A stretch of DNA of 64,000 nucleotides from Candidatus Eiseniibacteriota bacterium. GTDB lineage: Bacteria; Eisenbacteria; RBG-16-71-46; JABDJR01. Shown here piece by piece: positions 30,153-40,268 of this stretch. Every line of letters starts with the position of its first letter. The first letter of the stretch is position 1. A program made the translations under genes and the position numbers. The notes under the pieces were generated by a model. That model saw only the letters and a program-made list of their open reading frames with translations, did not search any database and was not told the DNA's origin. Location of the stretch: NCBI GenBank assembly GCA_963762255.1, contig CAVXKA010000002.1, positions 128,001 through 192,000 on the forward strand, given 5' to 3'.

Positions 30153-30899
30153 ATGCCCCCCTGGTACGATCGCGCCTTCGGTCCCTGGTATCTGAAGCTC
30201 TATCCCCATCGGGGCCGGGACGAGGCGGAGCGCGCCGTCTCCGCGCTGCTCCCGTTCCTGCCAGCCTCGGGAGCGCTGCTCGACGCGGGGTGCGGATCGG
30301 GCCGTCACATGGGAGCACTCGTCGAGCGAGGCTACCGCGTCACGGGACTGGATCGTTCCCGCGTCCTCCTCGCCGAAGCCGGGCGCGATCGCGCCATCGC
30401 CGGATCTCTCGTGCGAGGTGACATGCGCCGCCTGCCGTTCCGATCCGGTGCGTTCGCCGGCGTCCTCAGCATGTTCACGAGCTTCGGCTACTTCGAGACC
30501 GCGGACGCCAACACACGCCTCCTGACCGAGTACGCGCGTGTCGCGCAGCCGGCGGGGCTGCTCGTTCTGGACTATGTGAACGCGGCGCGGATTCGAGCCT
30601 CCCTGGAGGAGGAGAGCACGCGGCGGGTGGACGGATGCCACGTGAGGGAGCGGCGACGCATCGAGCGCGACCCGGATGGCGAGCGCGTCGTGAAGGAGAT
30701 CGACATCACTGCGGAGACGGGCGCCGTCGTAGAGCGATACTGCGAGTCGGTCGCTCTCTACGACCGTCCTCGACTTCTGGAGATGCTCGCAGCGGCGGGG
30801 TGGCGCGAGCGCGCCAGCCTCGGGGACTACGGCGGGGGGCCCTGGCACGCCGAGGCGGAGCGCCTCATCGTGATCGGCGAGCGCGGTGGAGATCGATGA
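30153..30899 (+). CDS. Class I SAM-dependent methyltransferase (candidate NmbA, N-methyl-bacillithiol synthase)
   Basis: LLDAGCGSGRH, GLDRS, GDMRRLP, MFTSFGYF; ATGA overlap with bshC. Confidence 0.85.
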   Translation: MPPWYDRAFGPWYLKLYPHRGRDEAERAVSALLPFLPASGALLDAGCGSGRHMGALVERGYRVTGLDRSRVLLAEAGRDRAIAGSLVRGDMRRLPFRSGAFAGVLSMFTSFGYFETADANTRLLTEYARVAQPAGLLVLDYVNAARIRASLEEESTRRVDGCHVRERRRIERDPDGERVVKEIDITAETGAVVERYCESVALYDRPRLLEMLAAAGWRERASLGDYGGGPWHAEAERLIVIGERGGDR

Positions 30900-32404
30900 A
30901 GGCGCCCCTTCTCTCCTGGGTGTCGCCGGGCGCGCCGGTGGGACTGCCCGAACTCCCGCCGCCCGCTCCCAAGCATCTTTCCGCAGCGTTGATCGATCGC
31001 TGGCGCACGGCGCTGGGCGAATGGGGGGCGCCGCCGCTGGTGCGATCCAAGCTCGAATCGCTCTCGGATCCCCGAACCGAGGTGATCGTGACCGGTCAGC
31101 AGCCCGGCATGTGGGGCGGGCCGCTCTACTCGATGTACAAGGCCGCCACCGCGGTCGCGCTTGCCGAGCGTCGCGCACGATCTTCCGAAATTCCCACCGT
31201 GGCGGTCTTCTGGATCAACGCCGACGACACCGACTGGGATGAGGTGGCGTGGGGCGCGATTCCGCTTCCCGACCTGTCGCTCTTCCGTGCCCGCTGGGAG
31301 GGGTCCCCGGGCGCGCGGCGCTGGGTCGGGGGCGCCCGGGTGAGCGAACCGCCCGGCGCGCGTGAGGCCTTTGGAGCGTGGCCAAGCGCCGGCCCTCTGG
31401 TCGGCGGGCCGCGCGGCGAGGACCCGGTGGAACTCGGTGACGCCTTCGCGCGCACGCTCCTCACCTGGTTCGGCGACCGCGGCCTCGTGCCGCTCGACGC
31501 CCGCTGGCCGGAGGTGCGAGCCGCCGCTGAATCGCTCTGGCGCGACTACATGGACCGCCACGATGCGCTCGCGGCGGCGGTGCGCGCGAAGGGTGAGGCG
31601 TTGAGGCGCCTCGGCGAAGCCGCGCCGATCGACGACGAGGCGGCGGAACGCGGGCTCTTCATTCTCGACGGGGATCGCCGTCTGGCTCCGGACACGCCGG
31701 AGTGGGCGGCGGGCGTCCGTGCGCTTCTCGACCGCGGGGAGGCGGCGCAACTCGCTCCCTCGGTGCTCCTGCGCGCGGTGTTGCAGGACCGGATGTTCGG
31801 TACGTCCGCCCATGTGGTGGGCGACGCCGAGGCCGCCTACCTGAAGCAGCTTGCTCCGGTGTACGAGGCGCTCTCGGTGCGTTCCCCCGCGCGGGTACCG
31901 CGCTTGCGCGCGACCATCGTGCCGGAAGGGCTCGCTCCCCTCGATCGCATCGCGGAGGTCTGCTCGGATCCGGAGGCGTGGCTGAGCGAGGAGGCACGCG
32001 CCCTCGTTCCCGTCGCGACGGCTCGCGCTCTGGAGGCCCTGCGCTCCGATGTCGCGACGCGGCTCGATGAGATCGCCGCGTCCTCCAGTACCTTCCTCAA
32101 GGACATGGGCCAGCTCACCGGGTCGGCGCGAGCGAAGATGGACGCTCAGGTGCATCGCCTGGAGGAGGCGCTGGATCGAAGGGCGCGCCAGCGGCTCTAT
32201 CAGGAGCGCCCGATGCTGCGAAACCTTCCCGAATTCCTTCGGCCTCGCCGGGCACCACAGGAGCGCGGGCTCTCCGCAGCCACCCTCGCGCTCTTCTTCG
32301 CCGATGCGGCGCCGCGCGCGGCGATGGACGCCGCCCACGCGCACCTGGCTCGGCTCGACGAAGGGACCCTGCACCACTTCATCCTGGAGGGAAACCGTGG
32401 CTGA
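30896..32404 (+). CDS. bshC: Bacillithiol biosynthesis cysteine-adding enzyme
   Basis: IVTGQQPGMWGGPLYSMYKA, VFWINADDTDWDEV, PSVLLRAVLQD, AEAAY, PQER. Confidence 0.88.
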   Translation: MKAPLLSWVSPGAPVGLPELPPPAPKHLSAALIDRWRTALGEWGAPPLVRSKLESLSDPRTEVIVTGQQPGMWGGPLYSMYKAATAVALAERRARSSEIPTVAVFWINADDTDWDEVAWGAIPLPDLSLFRARWEGSPGARRWVGGARVSEPPGAREAFGAWPSAGPLVGGPRGEDPVELGDAFARTLLTWFGDRGLVPLDARWPEVRAAAESLWRDYMDRHDALAAAVRAKGEALRRLGEAAPIDDEAAERGLFILDGDRRLAPDTPEWAAGVRALLDRGEAAQLAPSVLLRAVLQDRMFGTSAHVVGDAEAAYLKQLAPVYEALSVRSPARVPRLRATIVPEGLAPLDRIAEVCSDPEAWLSEEARALVPVATARALEALRSDVATRLDEIAASSSTFLKDMGQLTGSARAKMDAQVHRLEEALDRRARQRLYQERPMLRNLPEFLRPRRAPQERGLSAATLALFFADAAPRAAMDAAHAHLARLDEGTLHHFILEGNRG

Positions 32405-33116
32405 CGTCCTCGCCGTTGCACCTCATCCCGACGACGTTGAGATCGCCGCCGGAGGGACGATCGCTCTCTTGAGCGCGGCGAAGCGAACGGTCGTCCTCCT
32501 CGACCTGACCCGCGGGGAGCGCTCGACCCGGGGCAACCCGGAGCTGCGCGCGCGCGAAGCCGACGCGGCGGCGAAGGCTCTCGGCGCGGCGTCGCGGGAA
32601 ACCCTGGAATTGCCCGACGGCGGGCTCGATGCCCACGATCCGGAGCAGATGCAGCGCCTGGTGGAGGCGATCCGCCGGCACCGCCCGCGCCTCGTGGTGG
32701 CCATGCACTGGCACGACGATCACCCGGATCACATCGAAGCGGGGGAGATGGTGCGGCGGGCTCTTTACCTGGCCCGACTGCGCAACTATCCGTCGCCGGG
32801 GCAGTCGGCGCACCGCACCGAGCGCGCGGTGTTCGCGATGGGACGCCGACCGTTTCGTCCCAGCCTGGTGGTGGACGTGACCTCCACGTACGCCGCCAAG
32901 CGGAGCGCGCTGGAGGCCTTCCGGAGCCAGTTTCACCGGGACCCGGACGACCCGCTGGTCACCCCCATTTCCGACCCAGAGTTTCTGCCGCGCGTCGAGG
33001 GGCGCGATCGGTATTTCGGCGGAATGATCGGAGCGACTTTCGGTGAACCCTTCTTCGAGATCGGCCCCGGCGCGGCGCGGACGGCACGCGATCTCCTCGG
33101 AGACGAAGCGCCATGA
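32397..33116 (+). CDS. bshB1: Bacillithiol biosynthesis deacetylase
   Basis: PHPDDVEI, DLTRGERSTRG, DDHPDH, AFRSQF; located between bshC and bshA. Confidence 0.9.
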   Translation: MADVLAVAPHPDDVEIAAGGTIALLSAAKRTVVLLDLTRGERSTRGNPELRAREADAAAKALGAASRETLELPDGGLDAHDPEQMQRLVEAIRRHRPRLVVAMHWHDDHPDHIEAGEMVRRALYLARLRNYPSPGQSAHRTERAVFAMGRRPFRPSLVVDVTSTYAAKRSALEAFRSQFHRDPDDPLVTPISDPEFLPRVEGRDRYFGGMIGATFGEPFFEIGPGAARTARDLLGDEAP

Positions 33117-34225
33117 AGGTGGGCATTTCCTGTTACGCGAGCGAGGGCGGAAGCGGAGTGGTGGCCACGGAGCTGGGGAAGGCGCTGGCGCACCTCGGAC
33201 ACGAGGTCCACTTCATCACCTCCAGCCTTCCCGTGAGGCTTCGCCATTTCTCCGAGAACATCTATTTTCACGAAGTGCGCCCCGATCACTACCCGCTCTT
33301 TGTCTACCCTCCCTACACCTTGGCGCTGGCCGCCAAGATGGCTGAGGTCGCGGAGGCTTACCACCTCGACGTGCTGCACGCGCACTATGCCATCCCGCAC
33401 GCCGTCTGCGCGTATCTGGCCAAGCAGATGCTGGGATCGCGCAAGATCAGGACCGTCACGACGCTGCATGGCACCGACATCACCCTCGTCGGCCAGGCCC
33501 CCTCGTTCCACGCGGTGACTCGGTTCTCGATCGAGCAGTCCGATTGCCTCACCTCGGTGAGTTCCTGGCTCAAGAAGGAAACACAGCGGGTGTTTCAAAC
33601 CGAACGTCCCATCCACGTCATCCCGAATTTCATCGATATCGAGACGTTTCATCCGGCCCCCGCGCCGGAGCGGCGGGCGCAATTCGCCGCGCCCGACGAG
33701 AAGGTGATGCTCCACATCTCCAACTTCCGCCCGGTGAAGAACGTGGGCGCGGTGGTGGAGGTCTTCGATGCGGTGCAGCGGACCGTCCCGGCGCGCCTCC
33801 TCTTCGTCGGCGACGGCCCGGAGCGGATTCCGACGGAGCAGCGGGTCGCTGAGTTGGGTCTGACCGACCGCGTCGTGTTCCTTGGAAACCAGGAATACGT
33901 GGAGGATATTCTCCCGCTTGCCGATGTCCTCTTGCTTCCATCCCTGCACGAGAGCTTCGGCTTGGTGGTGTTGGAGGCGATGGCGGTGGGGGTGCCGGTG
34001 GTGGCGACGCGGAACGGGGGCACCGTGGAAGTCGTGGTGGATGGAGAGTCGGGATTTCTTCGCGACCCCCACGACGTGCCGGGGATGGTGGAGGCAACCC
34101 GGCGGCTCATGACCGACCCCGCGCTCGCAGAGAGGATTCGCGCGGCGGCGCTGAGCCGCGCGCGGGACCGCTACCGGGTTGAGGCGATCGTGCCCGAGTA
34201 CCTCAAGGTCTACGCCTCGTGCTGA
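33113..34225 (+). CDS. bshA: N-acetyl-alpha-D-glucosaminyl L-malate synthase
   Basis: GGSGVVATELG, HAHYAIPHA, TTLHGTDITLVG, HISNFRPVK, ESFGLVVLEAMA. Confidence 0.95.
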   Translation: MKVGISCYASEGGSGVVATELGKALAHLGHEVHFITSSLPVRLRHFSENIYFHEVRPDHYPLFVYPPYTLALAAKMAEVAEAYHLDVLHAHYAIPHAVCAYLAKQMLGSRKIRTVTTLHGTDITLVGQAPSFHAVTRFSIEQSDCLTSVSSWLKKETQRVFQTERPIHVIPNFIDIETFHPAPAPERRAQFAAPDEKVMLHISNFRPVKNVGAVVEVFDAVQRTVPARLLFVGDGPERIPTEQRVAELGLTDRVVFLGNQEYVEDILPLADVLLLPSLHESFGLVVLEAMAVGVPVVATRNGGTVEVVVDGESGFLRDPHDVPGMVEATRRLMTDPALAERIRAAALSRARDRYRVEAIVPEYLKVYASC

Positions 34226-34893
34226 TCGGGGGGCGCCACCACGGCATACGTGACGTTTCGCCCGCCCGCGCCGCCGCTGCCACGGTGGGAATGCAGCAGA
34301 TGCTGATGGCATCGGGTGCAGGGTGGCGCGCCGGCGATCCCGGCAGGGGCGACCCCGGCCGCCACGAGACGGCGCGCAGCCGCGGCGAAGAGGTCCACGT
34401 GCGGCCGGCCGGCGGAACGGGGAAAGCTCACATCGCCCGGGAAACGGTCGGCCACCTCCGCTCCGACTTCGAAGCAGCATGGGCCGATCGCGGGGCCGAG
34501 CAGGGCGCGCAACCGAGCAGGTTGGCGGAAGTGCGCGACCGCCTTCTCGAGGATCCCCGCGGCGAGCCCTCGCCACCCCGCGTGCACGAGAGCGATCCCG
34601 GAATCGGGGGAGGCGAGGAGGACCGGCAGACAGTCGGCGACGCGCACGCTGAGAACGAGGCCGGGTACCCCGCTCACAACTCCGTCGCAGCCGGCGAGAG
34701 AGCCGATACCTTCGGCGCGGCGCACCGCGGAGCCATGGACCTGATCGAGTCGCACCGCCGCCCGGTCGCCCAGAGGACCGGGTGCGGCCGGGGTCAGAGA
34801 GCGTCCGACGACGCCGAACTCGGCGACGCCGGCTGGAAGGGGAGCGAACCTGAGAACGAAGGCGCCGCCTTCCAAACTCCACTGCCAACTCAT
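34210..34893 (-). CDS. pgeF: Peptidoglycan editing factor PgeF/YfiH (polyphenol oxidase-like)
   Basis: QVHG, ADCLPVL, VHAGWRG, GPAIGPCCFEVG, CTRC, SHR. Confidence 0.9.
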   Translation of the reverse strand: MSWQWSLEGGAFVLRFAPLPAGVAEFGVVGRSLTPAAPGPLGDRAAVRLDQVHGSAVRRAEGIGSLAGCDGVVSGVPGLVLSVRVADCLPVLLASPDSGIALVHAGWRGLAAGILEKAVAHFRQPARLRALLGPAIGPCCFEVGAEVADRFPGDVSFPRSAGRPHVDLFAAAARRLVAAGVAPAGIAGAPPCTRCHQHLLHSHRGSGGAGGRNVTYAVVAPPDQHEA

Positions 34894-34912
34894 GGCCGGG
34901 GAGCATAGCAAG

Positions 34913-36811
34913 TTGGCGAAGGGCTGGTCAGCGCGCCGCGATCCTGCGATCTGGGCGATCTTCATCCTCGCCCTGGGCCTGCGGATCTTCTATCTGGCGG
35001 ACTTGCGGCACACACCGTTTTTCAGCGACCCCCAGATGGACGCGCTCTACCACGACCAGTGGGCGCGACGTCTCGCGGCCGGCGATTGGTGGGGAGGCGG
35101 CGTGTTCTTCCGCGCGCCGCTCTATCCGTACTTCCTCGGCCTCGTGTATGCGCTCACGGGGACGGACTACCTTGCGGTGCGCCTCGTGCAGTTCGCGATC
35201 GGGGCGGGAACGGCGGTGCTCACCGCGGTCCTGGCCGGCCGGCGATTCGGACGCCCGGCGGGGATCCTCGCCGGGGTGCTGGTCGCCACGTACGGCCCCC
35301 TCATCTACTTCGAGGGGGAGTTGCTGCTCGTGGTTCTCGAGGCGCCCCTCAACCTCCTCGCCGCGTGGTCCCTGGATCGAGCGATCACGCGGGGGGGGCG
35401 ACGCCCGTGGCTGACCGCAGGGCTCTGGTTGGGGCTGGCCGCCCTGGTTCGACCCACCATCCTGGCCTTGGTGCCGGTGGTCACAGTCTACCTGGTGCTG
35501 CGAAGAGGACGCGCTGCGCTACGGCCGTCGCTCCTCTACGGCGCCGCGGTGCTTGTGACCGTGAGTCCCGCCCTCGTGCACAACGCCGTCGCGGGGAGGG
35601 ATTGGGTCCCGGTCGCCGCGCAGGGAGGTCTCAACTACTTCCTCGGCAACAACGCTGCCGCCGATGGCATGTCGGCGGTCGCCCCCGATTTTCGACGCAC
35701 CTGGACCGGCGGGGTCGAGGATGCTCAGCGCCAGGCGGAAGTCGCCTCGGGCCGCACCCTCAAGCCGTCCGAAGTCTCCAAGTACTGGTTCGGCCGGTCG
35801 CTCGCGTGGGCCCGGGAGAACCCCGGCGCCTTCCTCCGGCTTCAGGTCCGCAAGCTCCTATACTTCTGGGACGCTTACGAGATCCCCAACAATCAGGATT
35901 ACTATTTCTTCTCGCGACTCACTCGGATCTTCCGATTCCCATTCCTTGTCGGCTTCGGAGTGCTGGGGCCGCTTGCCCTCGCCGGGCTCGGGCTTGGGTT
36001 GGCGCGCCGCCGGCTTCCATTTGCGTGGGGGGCGGTGCCGCTCACCCTGACCGCAGTCGTCGTCGCCTTCTTCGTGTGCGACCGTTTTAGGGTGGTCTTG
36101 GTCCCCATGTTCGCGGTCTGGGCGGCGGCCGGGATCGTCTGGCTCTTCGAGTCGCTGCGCGAACACCGCCGGGGTGCCGCGGCATTCTATGGCGTGCTCC
36201 TCTGCGCGTCGGCGTGGGGAATGAACGCGGATCTGGCCGGCCACCGACGAGAACACAGCCGCGCTGAATCGAACCTGCGCATGGGGATCTTCTACGCCGC
36301 CCGCGGGGACAAGGCTCGGGCTCTCGCGTACTACAAGATGGCGGTCGGCGATTCCCCCGGCTTCGCGGACGGATGGAACAACCTCGGAGTGGTTCAGGCG
36401 CAGGGAGGGGATCTGGCGGCGGCGCGCGATGCCTTCGAGTCAGCGTTGCGCGCGGAACCTCGTCATCCCAAGGCACTCGGCAACCTCGCCTCCCTCGCCT
36501 TGCAGGAGGGACGGCGCGCCGAGGCGGATTCGCTGGCGCGCCGGACGCTTCGCGTGGCGGGAAGAGACCCCGAGGCGCTCTACAATGCCGCGGTGGTGCT
36601 GGGAAACCTGGGCGATGTGGCCCTGGCGGGGGAGGCGTTTCACCAGATCGTTCTCATTCAGCCGTGGAACGCCCCGGCTCGACTCGGGGAAGCCAGGGCC
36701 CTGGCCGCGCTGGGAAGGCGCGCGGAGGCGATCGCGGTGCTGGAGTCGCTCCCCCCGAATCAGCGTCCACAGGACGTGCGCGCGTTCCTGAAGGAGATCG
36801 GAGCACCATGA
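34913..36811 (+). CDS. GT-C fold (PMT/GT39-like) membrane glycosyltransferase with C-terminal TPRs
   Basis: Many TM helices; DALYHDQWA, PLYPYFL, NYFLGNN; C-terminal TPRs. Start is TTG 34913 (GGGGAG upstream) or ATG 34892. Confidence 0.85.
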   Translation: MAKGWSARRDPAIWAIFILALGLRIFYLADLRHTPFFSDPQMDALYHDQWARRLAAGDWWGGGVFFRAPLYPYFLGLVYALTGTDYLAVRLVQFAIGAGTAVLTAVLAGRRFGRPAGILAGVLVATYGPLIYFEGELLLVVLEAPLNLLAAWSLDRAITRGGRRPWLTAGLWLGLAALVRPTILALVPVVTVYLVLRRGRAALRPSLLYGAAVLVTVSPALVHNAVAGRDWVPVAAQGGLNYFLGNNAAADGMSAVAPDFRRTWTGGVEDAQRQAEVASGRTLKPSEVSKYWFGRSLAWARENPGAFLRLQVRKLLYFWDAYEIPNNQDYYFFSRLTRIFRFPFLVGFGVLGPLALAGLGLGLARRRLPFAWGAVPLTLTAVVVAFFVCDRFRVVLVPMFAVWAAAGIVWLFESLREHRRGAAAFYGVLLCASAWGMNADLAGHRREHSRAESNLRMGIFYAARGDKARALAYYKMAVGDSPGFADGWNNLGVVQAQGGDLAAARDAFESALRAEPRHPKALGNLASLALQEGRRAEADSLARRTLRVAGRDPEALYNAAVVLGNLGDVALAGEAFHQIVLIQPWNAPARLGEARALAALGRRAEAIAVLESLPPNQRPQDVRAFLKEIGAP

Positions 36812-37419
36812 GCGTGGATGTCGCCCTCTTTCGGCTCATCAACATCGCGTGGGGTTGGGATGCGCTCGCCCCGGCGATGCGGTTCCTCAGCGGGCTCGTC
36901 TACTGGATCCCGCTTCTCGTGCTGCTCCTTCTCTGGATGCTGTTTCGCGACGGCCGTCGCGGCAGGATCACCGTGCTTCTCCTGCTCTTCCTCGTCCCGG
37001 CGACCGACCAGATCGCGAGTCATGTGCTGAAGCCGCTCGTTGCGCGGCCCCGCCCCTGCCGGGTGGAGGCGGGGATCGAGGGGGTGCGCACTCATGGAGC
37101 GCGCTGTTCGCGCCGCGGGTCGTTCCCTTCGTCCCATGCCGCCAACGTGGCCGCCGCGGCTGCCCTCTTCGCCCTTCGCTATCGCCGGGCACGCCTCCCC
37201 GCCGGCTTGATCGCTTTCCTGGTGGGTTACAGCCGCGTCTATCTGGGGGTCCACTACCCGAGCGACGTCGCCGGAGGGTGGCTTCTTGGGGCCCTCCTGG
37301 GTGGAGCGGCGGCGGGGATCCCGTTGACGATGCGTCGCAGCGGGCCTACACTCTTGGCACGGGGTTGGAATCCAAGGCATCGAAAACCCACTGCCTGCAG
37401 GAACATCGACACGCGATGA
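36808..37419 (+). CDS. PAP2-family phosphatase
   Basis: KPLVARPRP, SFPSSH, SRVYLGVHYPSDV. Confidence 0.93.
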   Translation: MSVDVALFRLINIAWGWDALAPAMRFLSGLVYWIPLLVLLLLWMLFRDGRRGRITVLLLLFLVPATDQIASHVLKPLVARPRPCRVEAGIEGVRTHGARCSRRGSFPSSHAANVAAAAALFALRYRRARLPAGLIAFLVGYSRVYLGVHYPSDVAGGWLLGALLGGAAAGIPLTMRRSGPTLLARGWNPRHRKPTACRNIDTR

Positions 37420-40268
37420 GGTCTTCCTCGACGCCCCGTCCGCCGGCTCGTGGCAACCGCAGCCGGCGAATCCTCACCCTGGCCGTGCTCTTCGCCGCCC
37501 TCTGTGCGGTACGACCGGGTGAGTCGACCGTCCCTCCGCCGGCCGGCGTCGGGTGCGGCCCCGCAGATGCCGCCGGTCTTTCTCCGCAGGAGATCCGCCT
37601 GTGGAAAGATCAAGACCTGGGACGGCCCGCCGACCACCTCCTCGGGCAGAGTGCCGAGCGCAAGGCGGGGGAGACCACGGTGCTCCGCGTCGTGGTGATC
37701 CTCGTCGATTTCCCCGATCTCGCCGCCGACCGCGTCCTGCACACACCGGAGTACTACGAGCACCTGATCTTCAGCCGGGGCGTGCGCCCCGGAGGTTCGG
37801 TCGCAGACTTCTTCGCCGAGTCCTCTCGAGGAAGGCTCCAACTGCAGGGAAAGGTCCGCGGTTGGTTCACGGTTTCCCAGACTCGAAACAGTTATACGGG
37901 AGGAGTGAGCGGGCTCGGGAGCTACCCGGTCAACTCTCAACGCCTCGCTGAAGAGGCGATCTATCTCGCCGACCCGTCCATCAATTTCGCCGATTACGAC
38001 AACGAGGGCCCGGATGAGATCGCCGATTCCGGCGATGACGACGAGGTCATCGACGGCCTCGTCCTCGTCCATGCGGGCTCCGGGCGCGCCGAGGGCGGCA
38101 CCACGACCAACGATTTCGTGAGCCTCCAGTGGTGGACGCCGGACCCCGTGCCGGTGGACGGCGTGTATGGGAGGTACTTCACGCTGAATCCCGAGAACGG
38201 GGAGATCGGGATCTTCCTCCATGAGATCGGCCACCTGCTCGGCTTGCCCGATCTCTACGACACGGACGGCGGGTCGGCCGGGGTCGGCCAATGGTCGATG
38301 ATGTCCGGAGGCTTTGTCCTCGACGGGGGCCGCACGCCTGCGGACTTCGATGCCTGGAGCAAGGTCCAGCTCGGGTTCGCCGACGTGAAGCGGATCTTCC
38401 TCAATCGCGCCGACGAGGAGATCCTTCCAACCGCTTCCTCGGGACAGGTGTACCGGCTCTGGGCGAACGGGGGAGGAACGAAGGAGTACTACCTCCTCGA
38501 GAATCGCCGCCGTACCGGGCTCGATGCGCGGCTCCCGAGTCAGGGGCTGCTGATCTATCACGTGGACGAGGGCGTTCCCAACAATCGCAATCCCAGTCAC
38601 TACAAGGTGGCGCTCGAACAGGCGGACGGTCTCTACCAACTGGAGAATCGATACGGCTCCGTCTCGTTCGGGGACTCCGGCGACCCCTACATCCAGGGGA
38701 GGGAGTTTGGCCGCGACACCGATCCATCCAGCTTTGCCTACGACGGGACGGAGAGCTACGTGGCTCTGTTCAACGTGCACGGGCCGGACGCGGCAGGAGC
38801 GTATACCGCTGACCTGCATGTGGAGCCGGGCGCGGTGGTGACGGTCACCGATCTGCAATTGACCGAGGTTTCCGGTGACGACGACGGGTTGGTCGTTACC
38901 GGCGAGACCGCCGGGTTGATGCCGCGGGTGAGCGTGGCACGCAAGGCGGCGGCGAACCTCGTGCTCTCCCTGCGGTCGCTCGATGCGCGCGCCGAGGTGC
39001 TCGATACGACCTGGGCCCCCGGCACCGTGCTCCCGGGTCAGCCCGTCACGCCGTCGCAACCCCTGCGCGTGCGGGTGGTCGGGCAACTCCCGACCAATCC
39101 TTACGGCCTGCGTCTCGAACTCACCGCGACGTGGGACGATGCGCCGCGGAAGATCGTGCCGGTCGAGTTGGGCCTGGGAACTGTCGTCGGCCTCTCGGCG
39201 GATTTCAACGCATCCCAAACCGGTTGGGTGCACGCCCCCTTGCGGTCGACCGCGGTCAACCAGTGGCTGTACGGCCCCAGCTTTGGATCCGGTGCGACCC
39301 CTGGATTCAAGTACGGAAGCGTGCCCTACGGATTCCTGGGTGGAGCGGACGCCGCTCTCGTTTCGCCGCCCATCCTGCTTCCGCCTCATGCCATCCTGGA
39401 GTTCGACCAGGCGGTGGACATCACCTATCCCGACACGGCGACGTTTCTGGGTGGGGGCGTCATCGAGGCATCCGCGAACGGCGGAGATTGGCAGCCCGTG
39501 ACGCCGGAGGGGGGATACCCGGAGTTCTACGGGGGATCGAGCCCCGGCTGGGAGGCTCGCCCCGTCTTCGCAGGTCGCCCGATGAGCGGCACCTACCATA
39601 CCGTGCGCGTGGATCTCGGGGGATTCGCCGGCGCCGTCCGCGTCCGGTTTCGTTTCTTCGCGGAGAAGGGAACGACGAGCGGCACCGGCTGGCGCGTGGA
39701 CAATGTCCGCGTGCTCTCCGATCCTACGCCGGTCCGCGTGGTGGCGGCGTCGGCCACGGCCGACGGCGGTGATGTCCTCTTGAGCTGGGAACTCGCCGAT
39801 CCTCTCCCTACCTTCCTGCGCTGGCGCCGAGGCCGGGATGAGGCCGGCGCGATGGCGATCTCCGACTGGGCGCCTGCGCAAGCCAGCGGCCGGCTTCGGG
39901 ACACCGGAGCGGCGGCGCTGGCTCCGATCCGCTACTGGCTCGACGGGTTGGAACGTGACGGCAGTGTGGAGACCTGGGGTCCGGTCACGTTGGCGGAGGG
40001 TGCGCCCCGTGTCGCCTGGAACTTGCTGGAGAATCCCTTCCGAGGCCCCGCGCGCTTCGCCTGGTCGCCCGCCCTCGATGAGGCCGCGCGGCTGGAGATT
40101 TTCGACGTGAGAGGGAGACGGGTGGCCCTTGTCGGAGTACCCGTGGGGAGTTCTCGGCTGGATTGGGACGGCAGGGGCGAGGGGGGGCAGCCGGTGCCTG
40201 CGGGCGTGTACTTCGCACGGCTTCAAGGAGCCGCGTTTCCGCCTCTCCGGCTGGTGAGGCTCCCATGA
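37416..40268 (+). CDS. Secreted M6 (immune inhibitor A-like) metalloprotease with FlgD-Ig/T9SS-like C-terminal domain
   Basis: VILVDFPD, HEIGHLLGLPDLY, WSMMSGG, YYLLENR, GLLIYHVD; C-terminal NPF...IFDVRGR...WDGR...PAGVYF. Confidence 0.9.
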   Translation: MRSSSTPRPPARGNRSRRILTLAVLFAALCAVRPGESTVPPPAGVGCGPADAAGLSPQEIRLWKDQDLGRPADHLLGQSAERKAGETTVLRVVVILVDFPDLAADRVLHTPEYYEHLIFSRGVRPGGSVADFFAESSRGRLQLQGKVRGWFTVSQTRNSYTGGVSGLGSYPVNSQRLAEEAIYLADPSINFADYDNEGPDEIADSGDDDEVIDGLVLVHAGSGRAEGGTTTNDFVSLQWWTPDPVPVDGVYGRYFTLNPENGEIGIFLHEIGHLLGLPDLYDTDGGSAGVGQWSMMSGGFVLDGGRTPADFDAWSKVQLGFADVKRIFLNRADEEILPTASSGQVYRLWANGGGTKEYYLLENRRRTGLDARLPSQGLLIYHVDEGVPNNRNPSHYKVALEQADGLYQLENRYGSVSFGDSGDPYIQGREFGRDTDPSSFAYDGTESYVALFNVHGPDAAGAYTADLHVEPGAVVTVTDLQLTEVSGDDDGLVVTGETAGLMPRVSVARKAAANLVLSLRSLDARAEVLDTTWAPGTVLPGQPVTPSQPLRVRVVGQLPTNPYGLRLELTATWDDAPRKIVPVELGLGTVVGLSADFNASQTGWVHAPLRSTAVNQWLYGPSFGSGATPGFKYGSVPYGFLGGADAALVSPPILLPPHAILEFDQAVDITYPDTATFLGGGVIEASANGGDWQPVTPEGGYPEFYGGSSPGWEARPVFAGRPMSGTYHTVRVDLGGFAGAVRVRFRFFAEKGTTSGTGWRVDNVRVLSDPTPVRVVAASATADGGDVLLSWELADPLPTFLRWRRGRDEAGAMAISDWAPAQASGRLRDTGAAALAPIRYWLDGLERDGSVETWGPVTLAEGAPRVAWNLLENPFRGPARFAWSPALDEAARLEIFDVRGRRVALVGVPVGSSRLDWDGRGEGGQPVPAGVYFARLQGAAFPPLRLVRLP

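Noticed and set aside
37355-37370. TGGCACGGGGTTGGA as a sigma54 promoter
   Set aside because: Lacks the GC dinucleotide at the -12 position and lies inside a CDS.
36849-37415. N-terminal extension of the M6 protease ORF
   Set aside because: Overlaps the PAP2 gene in another frame; the signal peptide begins after ATG 37416 (ATGA coupling).
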